Below the pieces are notes generated by a model. That model was not told the origin of the DNA and did not search any database. It saw nothing but the letters and a program-made list of their open reading frames with translations. A stretch of DNA of 64,000 bases, from positions 32,550,001 through 32,614,000 of the forward strand of contig JANJGN010000026.1 of NCBI GenBank assembly GCA_026770705.1, given 5' to 3'. This DNA is from Isurus oxyrinchus. Taxonomy: Eukaryota. Position numbers and translations under genes: made by a program. This document shows positions 37,021 to 50,415 of this stretch, in pieces. The number at the start of each line of letters is the position of its first letter. Position 1 is the first letter of the stretch.

Positions 37021-40000
37021 ATAATCCATTTCATTAGATCAATTTATTTTGCAGTGTATGAACCGGGCTGAGAGAATATATTGGCTAGACATTGACTTCA
37101 TGTTGTGGAGTAAAGACAGTGACCCATGGTGGAGAGACAAGACAAATAACCAGAGAGGAGAAAGAGACAAGAAGAGAGAGAGAGAGAGGATACAGGACAT
37201 CCCTACAAACACATTTGCCTTGACATTATATTTCATGATAAGTGGGAATCTTACTTAATTCTGAACATAGATATCATCGTGACATAATTCTCATATAACT
37301 GATTTTAAAAATGCTCAAAAAACAATTGCTACTGAAAGCGGTTGATGTATTTGCATGTTTGACTCTATTTCTGTGCTGTGTTGATGGAGAAATATTTGCA
37401 GTGCTTTTGTGTCTCCAGAATCTAATCTGGGACTTCTATTTCTGTGTTTATTTACATAAACGCCTGACTGATTTCAATGAAGTGTTCATTGCAGCAAAAC
37501 CAGATAAACACAGACACTTATTGATTGGTTTCAACTCAAAACAAGGGTTTATTTTAAGAATATTGACAGTTGGCACAAAATTAATAGAAACATTTTCAAC
37601 ATCCACTAGAACAGATGTTATTTATTTCAAATAATTAAAAATACATTTAAATTAATAATTCAATTCTGAAAGTTCTACTGTCACAATCAATGATGAATAT
37701 TTGAACAGGTTGGGATTACACTCAATGTCAATTTGTTGGAAGATTTAACCGATTAAAAATGGACAATTTAAAACAGCAGCCAGAGGAGCGACCTATAATC
37801 ATATTAATCTCAGTGTTTTCAACATATCACAACTAACATTTTAAAATGTTAACATTTGGGAAGAATTTACATTTATAGAATGCTGCTTATGACCCCAGGA
37901 TGCCCTAAAGCCCTTGAAATTCGTTGATGTACATTTGTTGAAGTTTAATCACTGCTGTAATATTGGAAATCCATCCGGTGATTTGTGCACAGCAAGCTCC
38001 CACGAATAGAGCTGCGAAAAATGATGAGATAATATGTGATTTTAGTTGAAGAATGAATACTGGACTAGGATAGTGGGGAGAACAGTCCTGCTCTATAGAT
38101 TGGTACCAAGGGAGATTTTGCACCTGTCATTGGCCTGAACGTTTGACCTGTTTCTCTCTCTATTGATGCCCACTGACCTGCTGAGTGGTTATTTTTTGCC
38201 CTGCTTTAGATTTCCCAAATCCTCAGTGTTTTGCAGTGTTTTAATTCGTTCTTGGGATATGGGCGTCAATGATGAAGTAATTCTTGCACTTGGCCCTGTC
38301 TCAGTTTATTCTTGTCCAGACCATATATCAGAAATCACTGCACCAGACACTGTCTCAGTTTATATTAATTTAGACCCTGTATCATTAATCGCTGCAGTGG
38401 ACCCTGTCTCAGTTTACATTAATCTAGAACCTGTGTCAGTCATCTCTGCACTGGACATTGTCTGAGTTTATATTAATCTACACCCTGCATCAGTAACCAC
38501 TGCACTAGGCCCTGCCTCAGTTTCTATTAATCTCGACACTGTATTAGTAATGACCGCACTGGACTTTGTCTGAGTTTATATTGATCAGGACCATGTATCA
38601 GTAAACACTGCACTGGACCCTGTCTCAGTTTCAATTAATCTTGACCCTGTATTAGTAATGACTGCTCTAGGCCCTGATTCAGTTTATATTAGTTCAGACC
38701 CTCTAATAGTAATCATTGGAAAGGACACTGTCTCAGTTTATGTTGATCCTGATCCTGTATCATTAATTACTGCACTAGCCCCTGTCCTAGTTTATAATAA
38801 TCTCGTCCCTGTGTCAGTAATCACAGCACTTGGCCCTGTCACAGTTTGTATTAATCTAGATTCTGTGCCAGTAATCACTGCACTAGACGCTGTCTCACTT
38901 GATATTGATCTAGACCTGTATCAGTAATCAGTTTATATTATCACAGAATCACAGCATCACACAGTGCAGAAGAGGCCCTTTGGTCTACCGAGTCTGCACC
39001 GACATTTGAGAAACACCTGACCTACCTGCCTAATCCCATTTTCCAGCACTTGGTCATAGCATTGAATGTTATGACATGCAAAGTGCTCATCCAGGTATTT
39101 TTTAAAGGATTTAAAGGATTTTTTAATCTGGATCCTGTATTAGTAATCAGTGCACTCAACATTGTCTGAGTTATGCTGTTTGAGACACTGTATTAATAAA
39201 CACTGTGCTAGACCCTGTCTCAGTTTATATTAATCTAGATCCTGTATCAGTCATCACTGCACTATGGCCTGCCTCAGTTTAAATTAGTCCAGGCCATCTA
39301 TCAGTAATAATTGCAATAAGCCCCGTCTCAGGTTATATTAATCTAGATCTTGTATCAGTAATGACTGCACAAGGCCCTGTCTCACTTTATATTAATCCAA
39401 TCCCATATCAGTAATCACTGCACTTGGACCTATCTCAGTTTATATTGATCGGGACACTGTATCAGTAATTACTGCAATATGGCCTACCTCAGTCTATATC
39501 AATTTAGACCCTCTATCAGTAATCACTGGACTTGGCCCTCTCTCTGTTTCTATTAATCTAGACACTGCATCAATTATCACTGCATGAGGCCCTGCCTCAG
39601 TTTATATTAATCTAGCTCTGCATCAGTAATCGCTGCACTGGACATTGTCTCAGTTCATATTGATTAAGACCATGTGTCAGTAATCACTGCACTCGGCCCT
39701 GCCGCAGTTTATATTAAGCTAGATGCTGTGCAATATGCCAGGCGTCATTTTGTTTATCAATCTAGACCCTGTATCAGTAATCACTGCACTAGGCCCTATC
39801 TCTGTTTACATTAATTTAGTCCCTGCAGCAGTAATCACTGCCCGAGCCCCTGTCCCAGTTATATTTATCTGGGCCCTGTGTCAGTGAACAGTGCACCAGG
39901 CCCTGTCTCAGGTTATGTTAGTTCAGACCGTGTATCAGTAATTACTGCACAAGAGCCTGTCTCAGTTTATATTAATCAAGACCCTGTTTCAATAATCACT

Positions 40001-42169
40001 GCACACGTCCCTGTTCTAGTTATTATAATCTGCACTCTGAATCTATAATCACTGCACTTGGCCCTCTCTCAGTTTCTATTAACCTAGACCCTGTATCAGT
40101 AATCACTGCAGTAGGCCCTGCCTCAAGTTATATTTATCTCGGCCCTGTATCAGTGATCACTGCTTTGGGCACTGTCTGAGTTTATATTGATTGAGACCCT
40201 GTATCAATAATTACTGCACAAGAACCTGTCTCAGTTTATATTAAGCTAGATCCTGCATCTGTAATCACTGCAATGAACACTGTCTCCATATATATTGCTC
40301 TAGGCTCTGTATCACTGCAATATGCCCTCCCTCAGTTTATATCAAATAGACCCTGTGTCAGTAATCACTGCACGTGACCCTGTCACAGTTTCTATTAACA
40401 TAGAGCCTGCATTTGTCATCACTGCACAATGCCCTGCCTCAGTTTATATCAATCAAGACCCTGTATCAGTAATCTCTGCACTAGGCCCTGTCTCAGTTTA
40501 TATTAGTCCAGAGCCTCTATCAGTAATCACTGCACTAGGCCCTTTCTCCATTGATATTGATCTAGATCTTGTATCAGTAATCACTGCAAAGGACACTGTC
40601 TCAGTTTATATTGATCATGATCCGAATCATTAATCACTGCACTAGCCCTTGTCCTGGCTTATACTTATCTAGGCCCTATCTCAGTTTATATTAATCTGTA
40701 CCCTTTATCAGCACTATGCCCTGCCTCAGTTTTTTTAAAATCAGTCTAGACCCTGTATCAGTAATCACTGCACTAGGCCCTATCAAAGTTTATATTAATT
40801 TAGCCCCTGCAGCAGTAATCACTGCCCGAGCCCCTGTCCCAGTTATATTTATCTGGGCCCTGTGTCAGTGAACAGTGCACCAGGCCCTGTCTCAGGTTAT
40901 GTTAGTTCAGTCTGCGTATCAGTGATTACTGTACAAGAGCCTGGTTCAGTTTATATTAATCAAGACCCTGTTTCAGTAATCACTGCCCTCGACCCTATTC
41001 TGGTTATAATAATCTGCACCCTGAATCTATAATCACTGCACTTTGCCCTCTCTCAGTTTCTATTAACCTGGACACTGCATCAGTAATCAATTTAATATGT
41101 CCTGTCTTAGTTTATATCAATCTAGACCCTAAATCAGTAATTGCTGCACTATACACGATGATAGTTTTATATTTATCAAGACCTTGGATCAGTGATCTCT
41201 GCACTAGACACTGTCTCATGTTATATTAATCCAGACCCTGCATCATTATTCACTGCACTAGACCTTATCTCAGTTTATACTGATGTACACCCTGTAACCA
41301 TAATCACTTCAATGGACACTGTCTCAGTTTATATTGATCCTCATCCTTTATCATTAATCACTGCACGAGCCCCTGACCGAGTTTATATAACTCTCATCCC
41401 TGTGTCGGTAATCACTACACTAGGCCCTGCCTCACTTTATATCAACCTAGGCCCTCTATCAGTAATCACTGCACTAGGCCCTGTCTCAGTTTATATTGAT
41501 CCAGACCCTGAATCAGTAATGAATGCACTATGGCCTGCCTCAGTTCATATTAATCTGTCCCTAAATCAGTAATTGCTGCACTAGGCCCTGCTCAGTTCAT
41601 ATTAATTTAGGCCATGTATCAGTAATCACTGCAATGGACACTGCCTCAGTTTATATTGACCCTGATCCTGCATCATTTATCACTGCACTCGCCTCTATCC
41701 TGCTTTATATTCACCTAGGCCCTGTATCAGTAATCACTGCACTAGGCTCTGTCTCAGTTTACATTAATCTAGACCCTGTATCAGTAATCTCTGCACTCGA
41801 CCCTATCTCAATTTATATTGATCTAGGCCATGCATCATAATCAGTGCAATGGACACTGTCTCATTTTATATTAATTGAGGCCCTGTACCAGTAATCACTG
41901 TACATGCCTCCATTTATATCAATCCATATCCTGTATCAGTAATCACTGCACTAGACCTTAACTCAGTTTATATTAGTCCAGAACCTGTATCAATAATGAC
42001 TGAACTAGGGAATGCTTCAGTTTATTTTAGTCCAGACACTGTAACAGTGATCATTGCACTAGCCCCTGTCCCAATTTATATTTATTTAGACCCTGTATCA
42101 ATGATCACTGCACAATGCCCTGTCTCAGTTTATATCAAGCTAGAGCCTGTATCAGTAATCGCAGCACTA

Positions 42170-42514
42170 CAATAAAAGCAAAAAAAACTGCGGATGCTGG
42201 AAATCCAAAACAAAAACAAAAATACCTGGAAAAACTCAGCAGAACAGGCAGCATCTGGGGAGAGGAGCACAGTTAACGTTTCAAGTCCGTGTAACTCTTC
42301 AACAGAATGAAGGAAAAATAGAAAAGGGATGAAATATGTCTTATTAGCTTATATCCCACCATTCCCCGCCCCCTTTAACCAGCTTATATTTCACCCCAAA
42401 TCTATTTTTCCTAAGTTCTGTTTAAGAGTCATGCAGACTTGAAACATTAACTGTGTTCCTCTCCATAGATGCTGCCAGACCTGCTGAGTTTTTCCAGGTA
42501 TTTTTGTTTTTGTT
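42170..42514. mobile_element. Short Penelope-derived insertion with inverted termini
   Basis: 12-bp TSD atcg(c/t)agcacta at 42158-42169 and 42515-42526; arms are reverse complements. Confidence 0.8.
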
Positions 42515-43094
42515 ATCGTAGCACTATACTCTGTCTCAGTTTATATTAATCAAGACCCTGTATCAGTAATCACTCTACTGGACACTGCCTCCTTTTATAT
42601 TGATTGAGACCATGGATCAGTAATCATTGCACTTGGTCCTGTCTCAGTTTATATTAGTCCAGATCCTTTATGAGTAATCATTGCACTAGCCCCTGCATCA
42701 GTTTATATTGACCTAGACCCGGTAAGAGTAATCACTGCACTTGGCCGCACCTCAAGTTTTATTAATCTAGACCCTGTATCAGTAATCACTGCACTGGACA
42801 CTCTCTCAGTTTATATTGATCTACCCACTGTATCAGTAATCATTGCTCTAGTCCCTGTCCTAGTTTATTTTTATCTCAGCTCTCTATGAATAATCACTGC
42901 ACTATGCTTGCCTCAATGTATATCAACCTAGACCCTGTATCAATAATCACTGCACATGAGCCTGTCTCAGTTTACATTAATCTAGACACTGTATCAGTAA
43001 GCATTGCACTAGGCCCTGTCTCAGTTCATGATAATCTAGACCCTCCATTAGTAATCACTGCACTAGGCACTGTCTCAGTTTATATCAGTCTGGA

Positions 43095-44379
43095 TAAAAG
43101 CAAAATAGTGCGGATGCTGGAAATCTGAAAGAAAAGCATAAAATGACAGCACCTGTGGTGAGAGAAGCAGAGCTAAGTTTCTGAGATCATATGACCTTCC
43201 TCAGAGCTAAAGAGAAGTCAAAATGTGATGACATTTACTGTTTAAGCGGGGTGGAGCAGGTCAGGCTGGATAGAAGACAAGCAATAGGTAGGAGTAAGGT
43301 GACACTGCCAAACATATCATAGACAAACAGAAAAAGGGAGTGTTAATAGCAGTACTAAGGCTAAAGTAGGTGCTAAAGAGTCATAAAGGTAAGAAAGCAG
43401 AATATATTAACAGCAGAGCCAGAATCTGCACACTGTGAAAGAACAACATGGGACAAGTAACTGATGGCACTTTTGGGGGTGTGGTAGGGGTGGTTGGGGA
43501 AAAACTGTATAAAAAGGAATGAAAAAGGGATAAAAAGAGGATAAAACAATGAATAAATGAATAAGGCTGTAAAGTGCATTATCGGAAGATGAGTTTCTGT
43601 TCCTCCAGTTTGCATTGGGCTTCACTGGGGCAATGCAGCAGGTCAAAGAGGGACATGTGGGTATCAGAGAAGGATGGCGTGTTGAAATTGCAAGCGACAG
43701 GAAGGTCTAGGTCATGCCTGCAGATAGACTGAAGGTGTTCCACAAAGCGACCTGCCAGTCTGTGTTTGGTGTCCCCAATCTAGAGGAGACTGCATTGGGA
43801 GCATCGAATGCAGTCGACCAAATTGAAGGAGGTGCAATGAAGCGGTGCTTCACCTGAAAGGAGTGTTTGGGCCCTTGGACGGTGAGGAGGGAGGAGGTAA
43901 ATGGGCAGGTGTTGCATCTTCTCTGATTGCTTGGGAAGGTGCCATGGGAAGGTATGAGGTGTTGCGGATGATGGAGGAGTGGACCAGGGTGTCTCAGAGG
44001 GAACAGTCCCTGTGGAATGCTGACAGGGGTGGGGGTGGAGTGGTGAGGGAAGGTATGTTTGGTGGTGGCATCATGTTGGAGTTAGAGGAAAAGGCGGAGG
44101 ATGATCCTTTGAATGCGGGGGTGGTGGGATGAAACATGAGGAAAAGGGCGACCCTATCATGATTCTGGGAGAGAGAGGAATGTGTGAAAGCAGGGATGCG
44201 GGAGATGGGTCGGACACAGTTGAGGGCCCTGTCAACCACAGCGGGTGGGTAACCTTGGTTAAGGAATAAGAAAGGCATGTCAGAAGCATCATTTTGGATA
44301 GTGGCATCAGCGGAACAGATGTGAAGGAGGTGAACGAACTAAGAGAATGGAATGGCGTTTTTCCAGCATTTTCTGTTTT
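43095..44379 (-). mobile_element. Penelope-like element fragment
   Basis: FLNQGYPPAVVDRAL and GIY-YIG-region remnants on minus; same termini as 1810-2680. Confidence 0.82.
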
Positions 44380-44684
44380 TATATCAATTTAGACCCTGTA
44401 TCAGTAATTACTGCATTGGACCCTTCCTCCGTTGACATTAATCTCTGCCCTGTATATGTAATCACTTCACTAGGCCCTGTCTCAGTTTATATCAATCTAA
44501 ATCCTGTATCAGGAATCACTGCACTGGACCCTGCCTCAGTTTATGTCAATCGAGGCCCTGTTTTAATAATTCTTATACATCCCCTGTTCAATTTATTTCA
44601 CACCCTCAATTGTAACTGTAAACGCCAGATTACATTTTGCTTAAGTTATTGTTGTACAGGTGAACGTCACTGTTAACAGTACAA

Positions 44685-44835
44685 AAACAGAATTAACTGG
44701 AAAAACTCAGCAGGTCTGGCAGCATCGGCGGAGAAGAAAAGAGTTGACGTTTCGACTCCTCATGACCCTTCAACAGAACTCTGGTAATTCGGTTTTTGTT
44801 TTGGATTTCCAGCATCCGCAGTATTTTTGTTTTTA
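44685..44835. mobile_element. Short Penelope-derived insertion
   Basis: 18-bp TSD tcactgttaa(c/t)agtacaa at 44667-44684 and 44836-44853. Confidence 0.8.
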
Positions 44836-45169
44836 TCACTGTTAATAGTACAATGGGCCTTATCTTGTTTATTATTGCAGCCGTCCATATCTCTACTTGT
44901 GTTGCAATTGGTCCTTTCCCAGTTATCACTACACCTGACGCTGCTGCTGTTTATATCATGCATATCATGCACCAGTTATTATTACATTAGGCCGTGCTTC
45001 TGTGGACACTCCAATTAACCCTTTTCCAGTTTACACTGTAGTACAACCATGTTTTAATTTATATTTCACTGCAAATTGTGTTTCAGTGTTTTACACTGAA
45101 CCATGCTTCAGTTATCACTGCCCTTGACCTGCTGAACTTCTCTCACTGATGACTGTACCAGACCATATG

Positions 45170-45830
45170 AACACACGAGCATACGAACAAGGAGCATGAG
45201 TAGGCCATTCAGCCCCTCGAGCTTGCTCCACCAATTCATAATATCATGGCTGATCTGACAGTAACATGAAATCTGCATCCTGCCGACCCCCGATAACTTA
45301 TCAACCCCTTGCTACCAAGAATCTATCCACCTCTGCCTCAAGGCTCTGCTTCCACTGCCTTTTTATGGAGAGAGTCCCAAAGATTCTCGACCCCGAGAGT
45401 GAAAATATTCACTTCATCTCCGTTTTACATGGCTGACACCTTATTTTTAAACAGTGACCCCAATTCCAGATTCTCCCACAAGAGGAAACATCCTCTCCAC
45501 ATCCACCCTGTCAAGACCCCTCAGGATCTTATATGTTTCAGTGAAATCACCTTTTACTCTTCTAAACCCCAGAAGACATAAGCCTAGCCTGTCAAACCAT
45601 TCCTCATTAGACAACCCACCCATTCCAAGTGTTAGTCTAATAAACCTTCTCTGAACCTCTTACAACACATTTACATCATTCCTTAAATAAGGTGACCAAT
45701 ACAGTAGACAGTACACGAAACATGATCTCACTGGTGCCCTGTATAGCTGAAGCATAACTTCAGTACATTTGTATTCAATTCTTCTCGCAATAAATTATAA
45801 CATTCTATTAGTTTTCCCAACTACTTACCA
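45170..45830 (-). mobile_element. CR1 LINE 3' fragment
   Basis: Reverse complement of the family at 320-1122. Confidence 0.8.
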
Positions 45831-46099
45831 TTTCTCCTTTTATCTTTCTCTCAGCATTGCATCAGTGTATATAATGCTATCTGCAGTTTAACTTATTAAT
45901 GCACTGGACCATGCCTCTATATACACTACAATTGACCTTTTCTCTGTTATTACTGCACTAGACTATTTCTCTATTTCTATTACATTATATGATGCTTTGT
46001 TTATTAATGCACATAGCCGTGCCTCGATATATACTGCAAGTGGCAATTCCTGAGCTGCTGTTGCATTGTACAAAGTCTCAGTTTGTATTTTATTAGGAT

Positions 46100-47255
46100 T
46101 TATCTGACAACCAAATTGTGGGAAAAGTTATAGCTCATGGAATAAAAGGGACAGAAACAATGTGGTTACAAAGTTAGCTGAAAAAAAGGAAGCAGGGAGT
46201 AATGGTCAACTGATGTTTTTCGGGCTGGAGGAAGGTTTGTAGTGCAGTTCCCCAGGCGTCGGTATTGGGACCCTTGCTTTTCCTGATATATATTAACCAT
46301 CTAGGCCTTGGTGTGCAGGGGACAATTTGAAAGTTTGCGGATGATACGAAGCTTGGGAGTGTTGCAAACTGCCAGGGGAATGGTGTGGAACTTCAAGAGG
46401 ACACAGACAAGTTGGTGGAGTGGGCAGATAGGTGGCAGATGAAATTCAATGTGGAGAAGTGTGAGGTGATGCATTTTGGTAAGAGGAACATGGACAGGCA
46501 AAATAAATAAGGGGTGGAGTTTTGAAAGGAGTGTAGGAGCAGAAAGACTTGGGTGTAGATATGCAGAGATCATTGAAAGTGGCAGGACAGGTGGAGAGAA
46601 CAGTTAATAAAGCATATAGTATCCTGCGCTCTATTAATGGGGGCATAGAGTACACGAGCAGGGAGGTTCTGCTGAATTTATATCGTTAGACCTCAGCTGG
46701 AATATTGTGTGCTGTCCTTGGTATGATATCAAAGGAAGGATGTGAAGATATTGGAGAGAGTGCTGAAGAGGTTTAGAAGAATGTACCCAGGGATGAGAAA
46801 TTTCAGTTATGAGGGGAGATTGGAGAAGCTGGGATTGTGTTCCATGGAGAGGAGAAGGCTGAGAGGAGATTTGATTGAAGTATTCAAAATCATGAGTGGG
46901 CTGGACAGAGTAGAGAGGAAGAAACTGTTTCCATCCCTAAAAGGATAAAGAACGAGAGGGCACAGGTTTAAAGTGGTTTGCAAAAGAAGCAAATGTGACA
47001 TGAGAACTTACTTTTTCACACAGCGAGTGGTTCGGCCTGGAATACACTGACTGGAAGTGTGAGGAAGGCAGGTTCAACTGAGGCATTCAAAAGGGCGTTA
47101 AATGATTATTTGAATAGAAACAAAGTGCTAGGGTGCGGGGAAAAGCCAGGGCAATGGCACTATGTCAGAATGCTCATTTGGAGGTCCGATGCAGACAAGT
47201 TGGGCTGAATGGCCTCCTTCTGTGCCGTTAAAGTTCTGGGATTCTATGATTCTGT
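46100..47255 (+). mobile_element. CR1 LINE 3' fragment (RT domain to tail)
   Basis: VPQASVLGPLLFLIYIN, KFADDTK, RRRLRGDLIEVFKIM; gattctatgattctgt tail. Confidence 0.9.
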
Positions 47256-47855
47256 GATATTACTGTTTTCGGCTGTTTCATTCATTACTGTACTCTTCTA
47301 TGTCTCACCTTATGTTATAAAGGTCCAATCCCATTTATTAATACACTAGACCAAGTTTCAGTTATTACTTCACTATAAAAAGCCTCTGATAACTGTACAG
47401 AGGTGGAGAGAGAGCCAGGTGGACAGGTGAGTGTTAATTTTTAAAATGTCATAATATCCTCTGGGTCAAAATGTTTTGAAAGAATACATTTAGTCTTGAT
47501 GCTAACTATTAGGCGTTCTGTGCAAATTCTAATTGCTCTAGTGTGATGTGTGTACTGTTTGTGCTGAAAGGTTGGGCTGAATCTTGTAACATTCCCTTCA
47601 TCAATGAGGTTGAGGATTAGAAACAAAGATGAACCACATTGCATTGCACATTGCACAACCTAGTCACAAACTGCATTGTGTTGGAGATGACTGATTCATA
47701 CTTGAGTTTATCAATGACAATTGCTCACAGGTTTCTTTAATTTCCAGATATTTTTCCATCTTTCAACAGGAATGTCTGTTTGCTTTTGGCGTGGTCACTG
47801 ATTGTGACAGACAAGATCTGAAGGCAAATGAGCGGCAGCAGGCTCCTAATAACCA

Positions 47856-47989
47856 NNNNNNNNNNNNNNNNNNNNNNNNNNNNNNNNNNNNNNNNNNNNN
47901 NNNNNNNNNNNNNNNNNNNNNNNNNNNNNNNNNNNNNNNNNNNNNNNNNNNNNNNNNNNNNNNNNNNNNNNNNNNNNNNNNNNNNNNNN
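47856..47989. other. Assembly gap
   Basis: N run. Confidence 1.
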
Positions 47990-50042
47990 GCTGAGCATGC
48001 GCGTGTGCCTGTGCGTGTGTGTGTGAGTGTGAATGTGTGCGGGTACATCTAGAACATATCATGCTTCATTGCTTTCAAAAGACATTATAATTATTTTTCA
48101 GCAAGTTATGATAGTTTATTGAGAATATATCTATATGCTGCCTATGCTGCCATTAATATTTATCGGTAATGCATTGTCTTGAGTGCACTGGAAAGTAATG
48201 TCAAGCTGGCCATTCCATTATCATGGTAAATACATATTTGAAATGACTCACTGAACTTCTTCCCTCTCTTCCTCTGTCTCAGAATACACCTAAATCAGTT
48301 AACCTCTCTTCTCTCTCTCAGACTTCACTTAACTCACTTACACAGACTCACAAGAGCCGGATCTGGCAGCTTTGAGGAACCAATGTTTAAATCTTTTGCT
48401 TAAGATACATTATCACTGAAAAAAATTAAGTGTCAAAACCTCATCAGAGGAAAATTCAGTGCCATAAAGACATCAGCTCACTCACTTAACTGCTCTCCTC
48501 TCTTTCTCTGAGGCAGCACCAAACCCTCTTAAAACTTTCCATTTTAGAATAACCCCCTGTGAGCGGTTTTATTGTTTTAATTTCCCCTCTTTTCTCCCAG
48601 TGATAACATTCAGTCAATCTCGCCTTCAGTTAATAAGTTATAACCAAAATAACCTCGTTTATTTAATTCTTTAAATTGGGAATGGAGGTGAATGTAATGC
48701 TGAGGCCGACAGCAATCTGTGTGGTTGTTCTTGATGCTGTCAGAGTGAGTTCACCCTCACAGGCAGGAAGACTGTTCACGGTGATAACATGAAACTGACG
48801 CCTGCTGTTTCATTCTCAGGTAGCACAACTTCCTGTTTCTCTGCTGCCGGTTCCAAACCGCACATCTCACTTCTGAGCAGAAAATAAATCCAGGGGCCAC
48901 AATCTGGTGAGAACATCTGTCAAGGCGGCTTATTTCTGGCCACAGAGTCGGGGCAAAGATCACATTGCGGTGACACTTACAAATGAGCCTGTGTGATCCG
49001 TTTAGAGCTTCCATTTCCAGGACATAACTGGATTGTCAGTCACTGAGCTCCCTCGAGTCCCTAAAACGGGGAAATGAGATCTTGCTACTTTTCATTTTTC
49101 GTTGTCATGCTCCACCACCCGCGCCCACTCTAACTCCTCCTCCACACCCCACTAACACCGCTCCCCCACCCCTCCGCTACCCGCTAGGCACACACACTTT
49201 CCCTCCAAACTTGTTTCCTCTGTTTCTCTGCAACATTCCGTCTCCCTTTGTCATTTTAAGTCTCCTTTCCTAGTTTTATCTCTGTTTATTTCTCTAGTGT
49301 ATCTCTCTCCACCTCTCTGTGTCTATTAAATAGAAGCGTTCAAAATCATGAAAGTTACGATATTGTGAATAAAGAGAGACTATTTCAACTGTAGGAGGGT
49401 CAGTAACCAGCGGACGCTAATTTACTTTTTTGAACAGGAAGGCAGGAGGATAATTATTTATTTATTTTTCACACGGCGAGCTGTTCTGAACTGGAAACAC
49501 AACTCGAAAGGGTGATGGAATCAGGTTAATAGTAACTTAGTAAAATGAATTCTATAAATACTTAAAGGGGTTAAAATTTGAAGGATTACAGGGAATGGGA
49601 CAAACTGTAATGCTCATCTATATCGTTGTCCCAGCAGCTTTCATGTATCTACTTCTGTCCCTCATTGAGCCCAAATAAAATGCAATAATTACACAGCTTT
49701 CGTCTTCTGTTAATCCTGTCTTTTGACAACGCTTGAGTGTGTCGATAATTGCCAGGAATCATTCAGAAGTTCACCACTTTTACAAATCTCTACTTTGTAC
49801 AAAATAATAACACCGAATAGAGCTCGTTTAGTAGAAAGCACGATTATCTTTAACATTTTCGGCTCTGATTTTTCCTCTAGTGAGGTTTCGGTGTTTAATC
49901 CTTTCAGTCATCATGTGCCTCAAGCTGAAGATTTAAACATTGGTTTCTACAAGCTGCCAGGTCCGGCCCTTGCGTGTCTGTGTAAATAAAGAACTGTCGG
50001 TAAGAATGAGAAGGAGTAGATTATTTTCTATTCCTCTGACAG

Positions 50043-50415
50043 ATGCAGCATTGACCCCTCAGATATCAGAAATCTCTGGAGTCCGCCATTATTGTCCTCC
50101 CCTTGGGTGTAACAGCTCTCAGTCAGGTGGAGTCAGTCACACGGGCCTATGTCATGATGTTTCCGCTCCGTTTTTACCGCACAAATCCCTGGGTCACTCA
50201 CTATAACACAGAAGATTGCGCTAAGGCCCTAAACATCATTGCTTCCTCACACTTTCACACCCTATTACGATCAGATGTTTATCAGACCCCCTGCCTCTCT
50301 TAATGGAAGCAGCAGCCTCTGTTATTGTTACACTGGAGCCGGACTCTGATTATTATTGGATCAGGCCCCAGTCTGGCCCGGGCCCGGCAGTCAGAATTCC
50401 CTTTGCAAATCCAAG
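50043..50415 (+). pseudogene. Possible decayed CD2/SLAM-like Ig V-type exon
   Basis: Pyrimidine-rich acceptor then frameshifted motifs ISGVRH/IVLPLG...QVESVT(R)AY...SSL/VIVTLEPDSDYY...FPLQIQ. Confidence 0.3.

Larger units (their letters stand above)
38280..44560 (+). repeat. 54-bp (2x27-bp) satellite array interrupted by retroelement insertions
   Basis: Alternating ccctgtctcagtttatattaatctaga / ccctgtatcagtaatcactgcactagg. Confidence 0.93.

Noticed and set aside
38280-44560. CRISPR-like regular array or repetitive protein gene
   Set aside because: No unique spacers; vertebrate satellite with frequent stops and frameshifts
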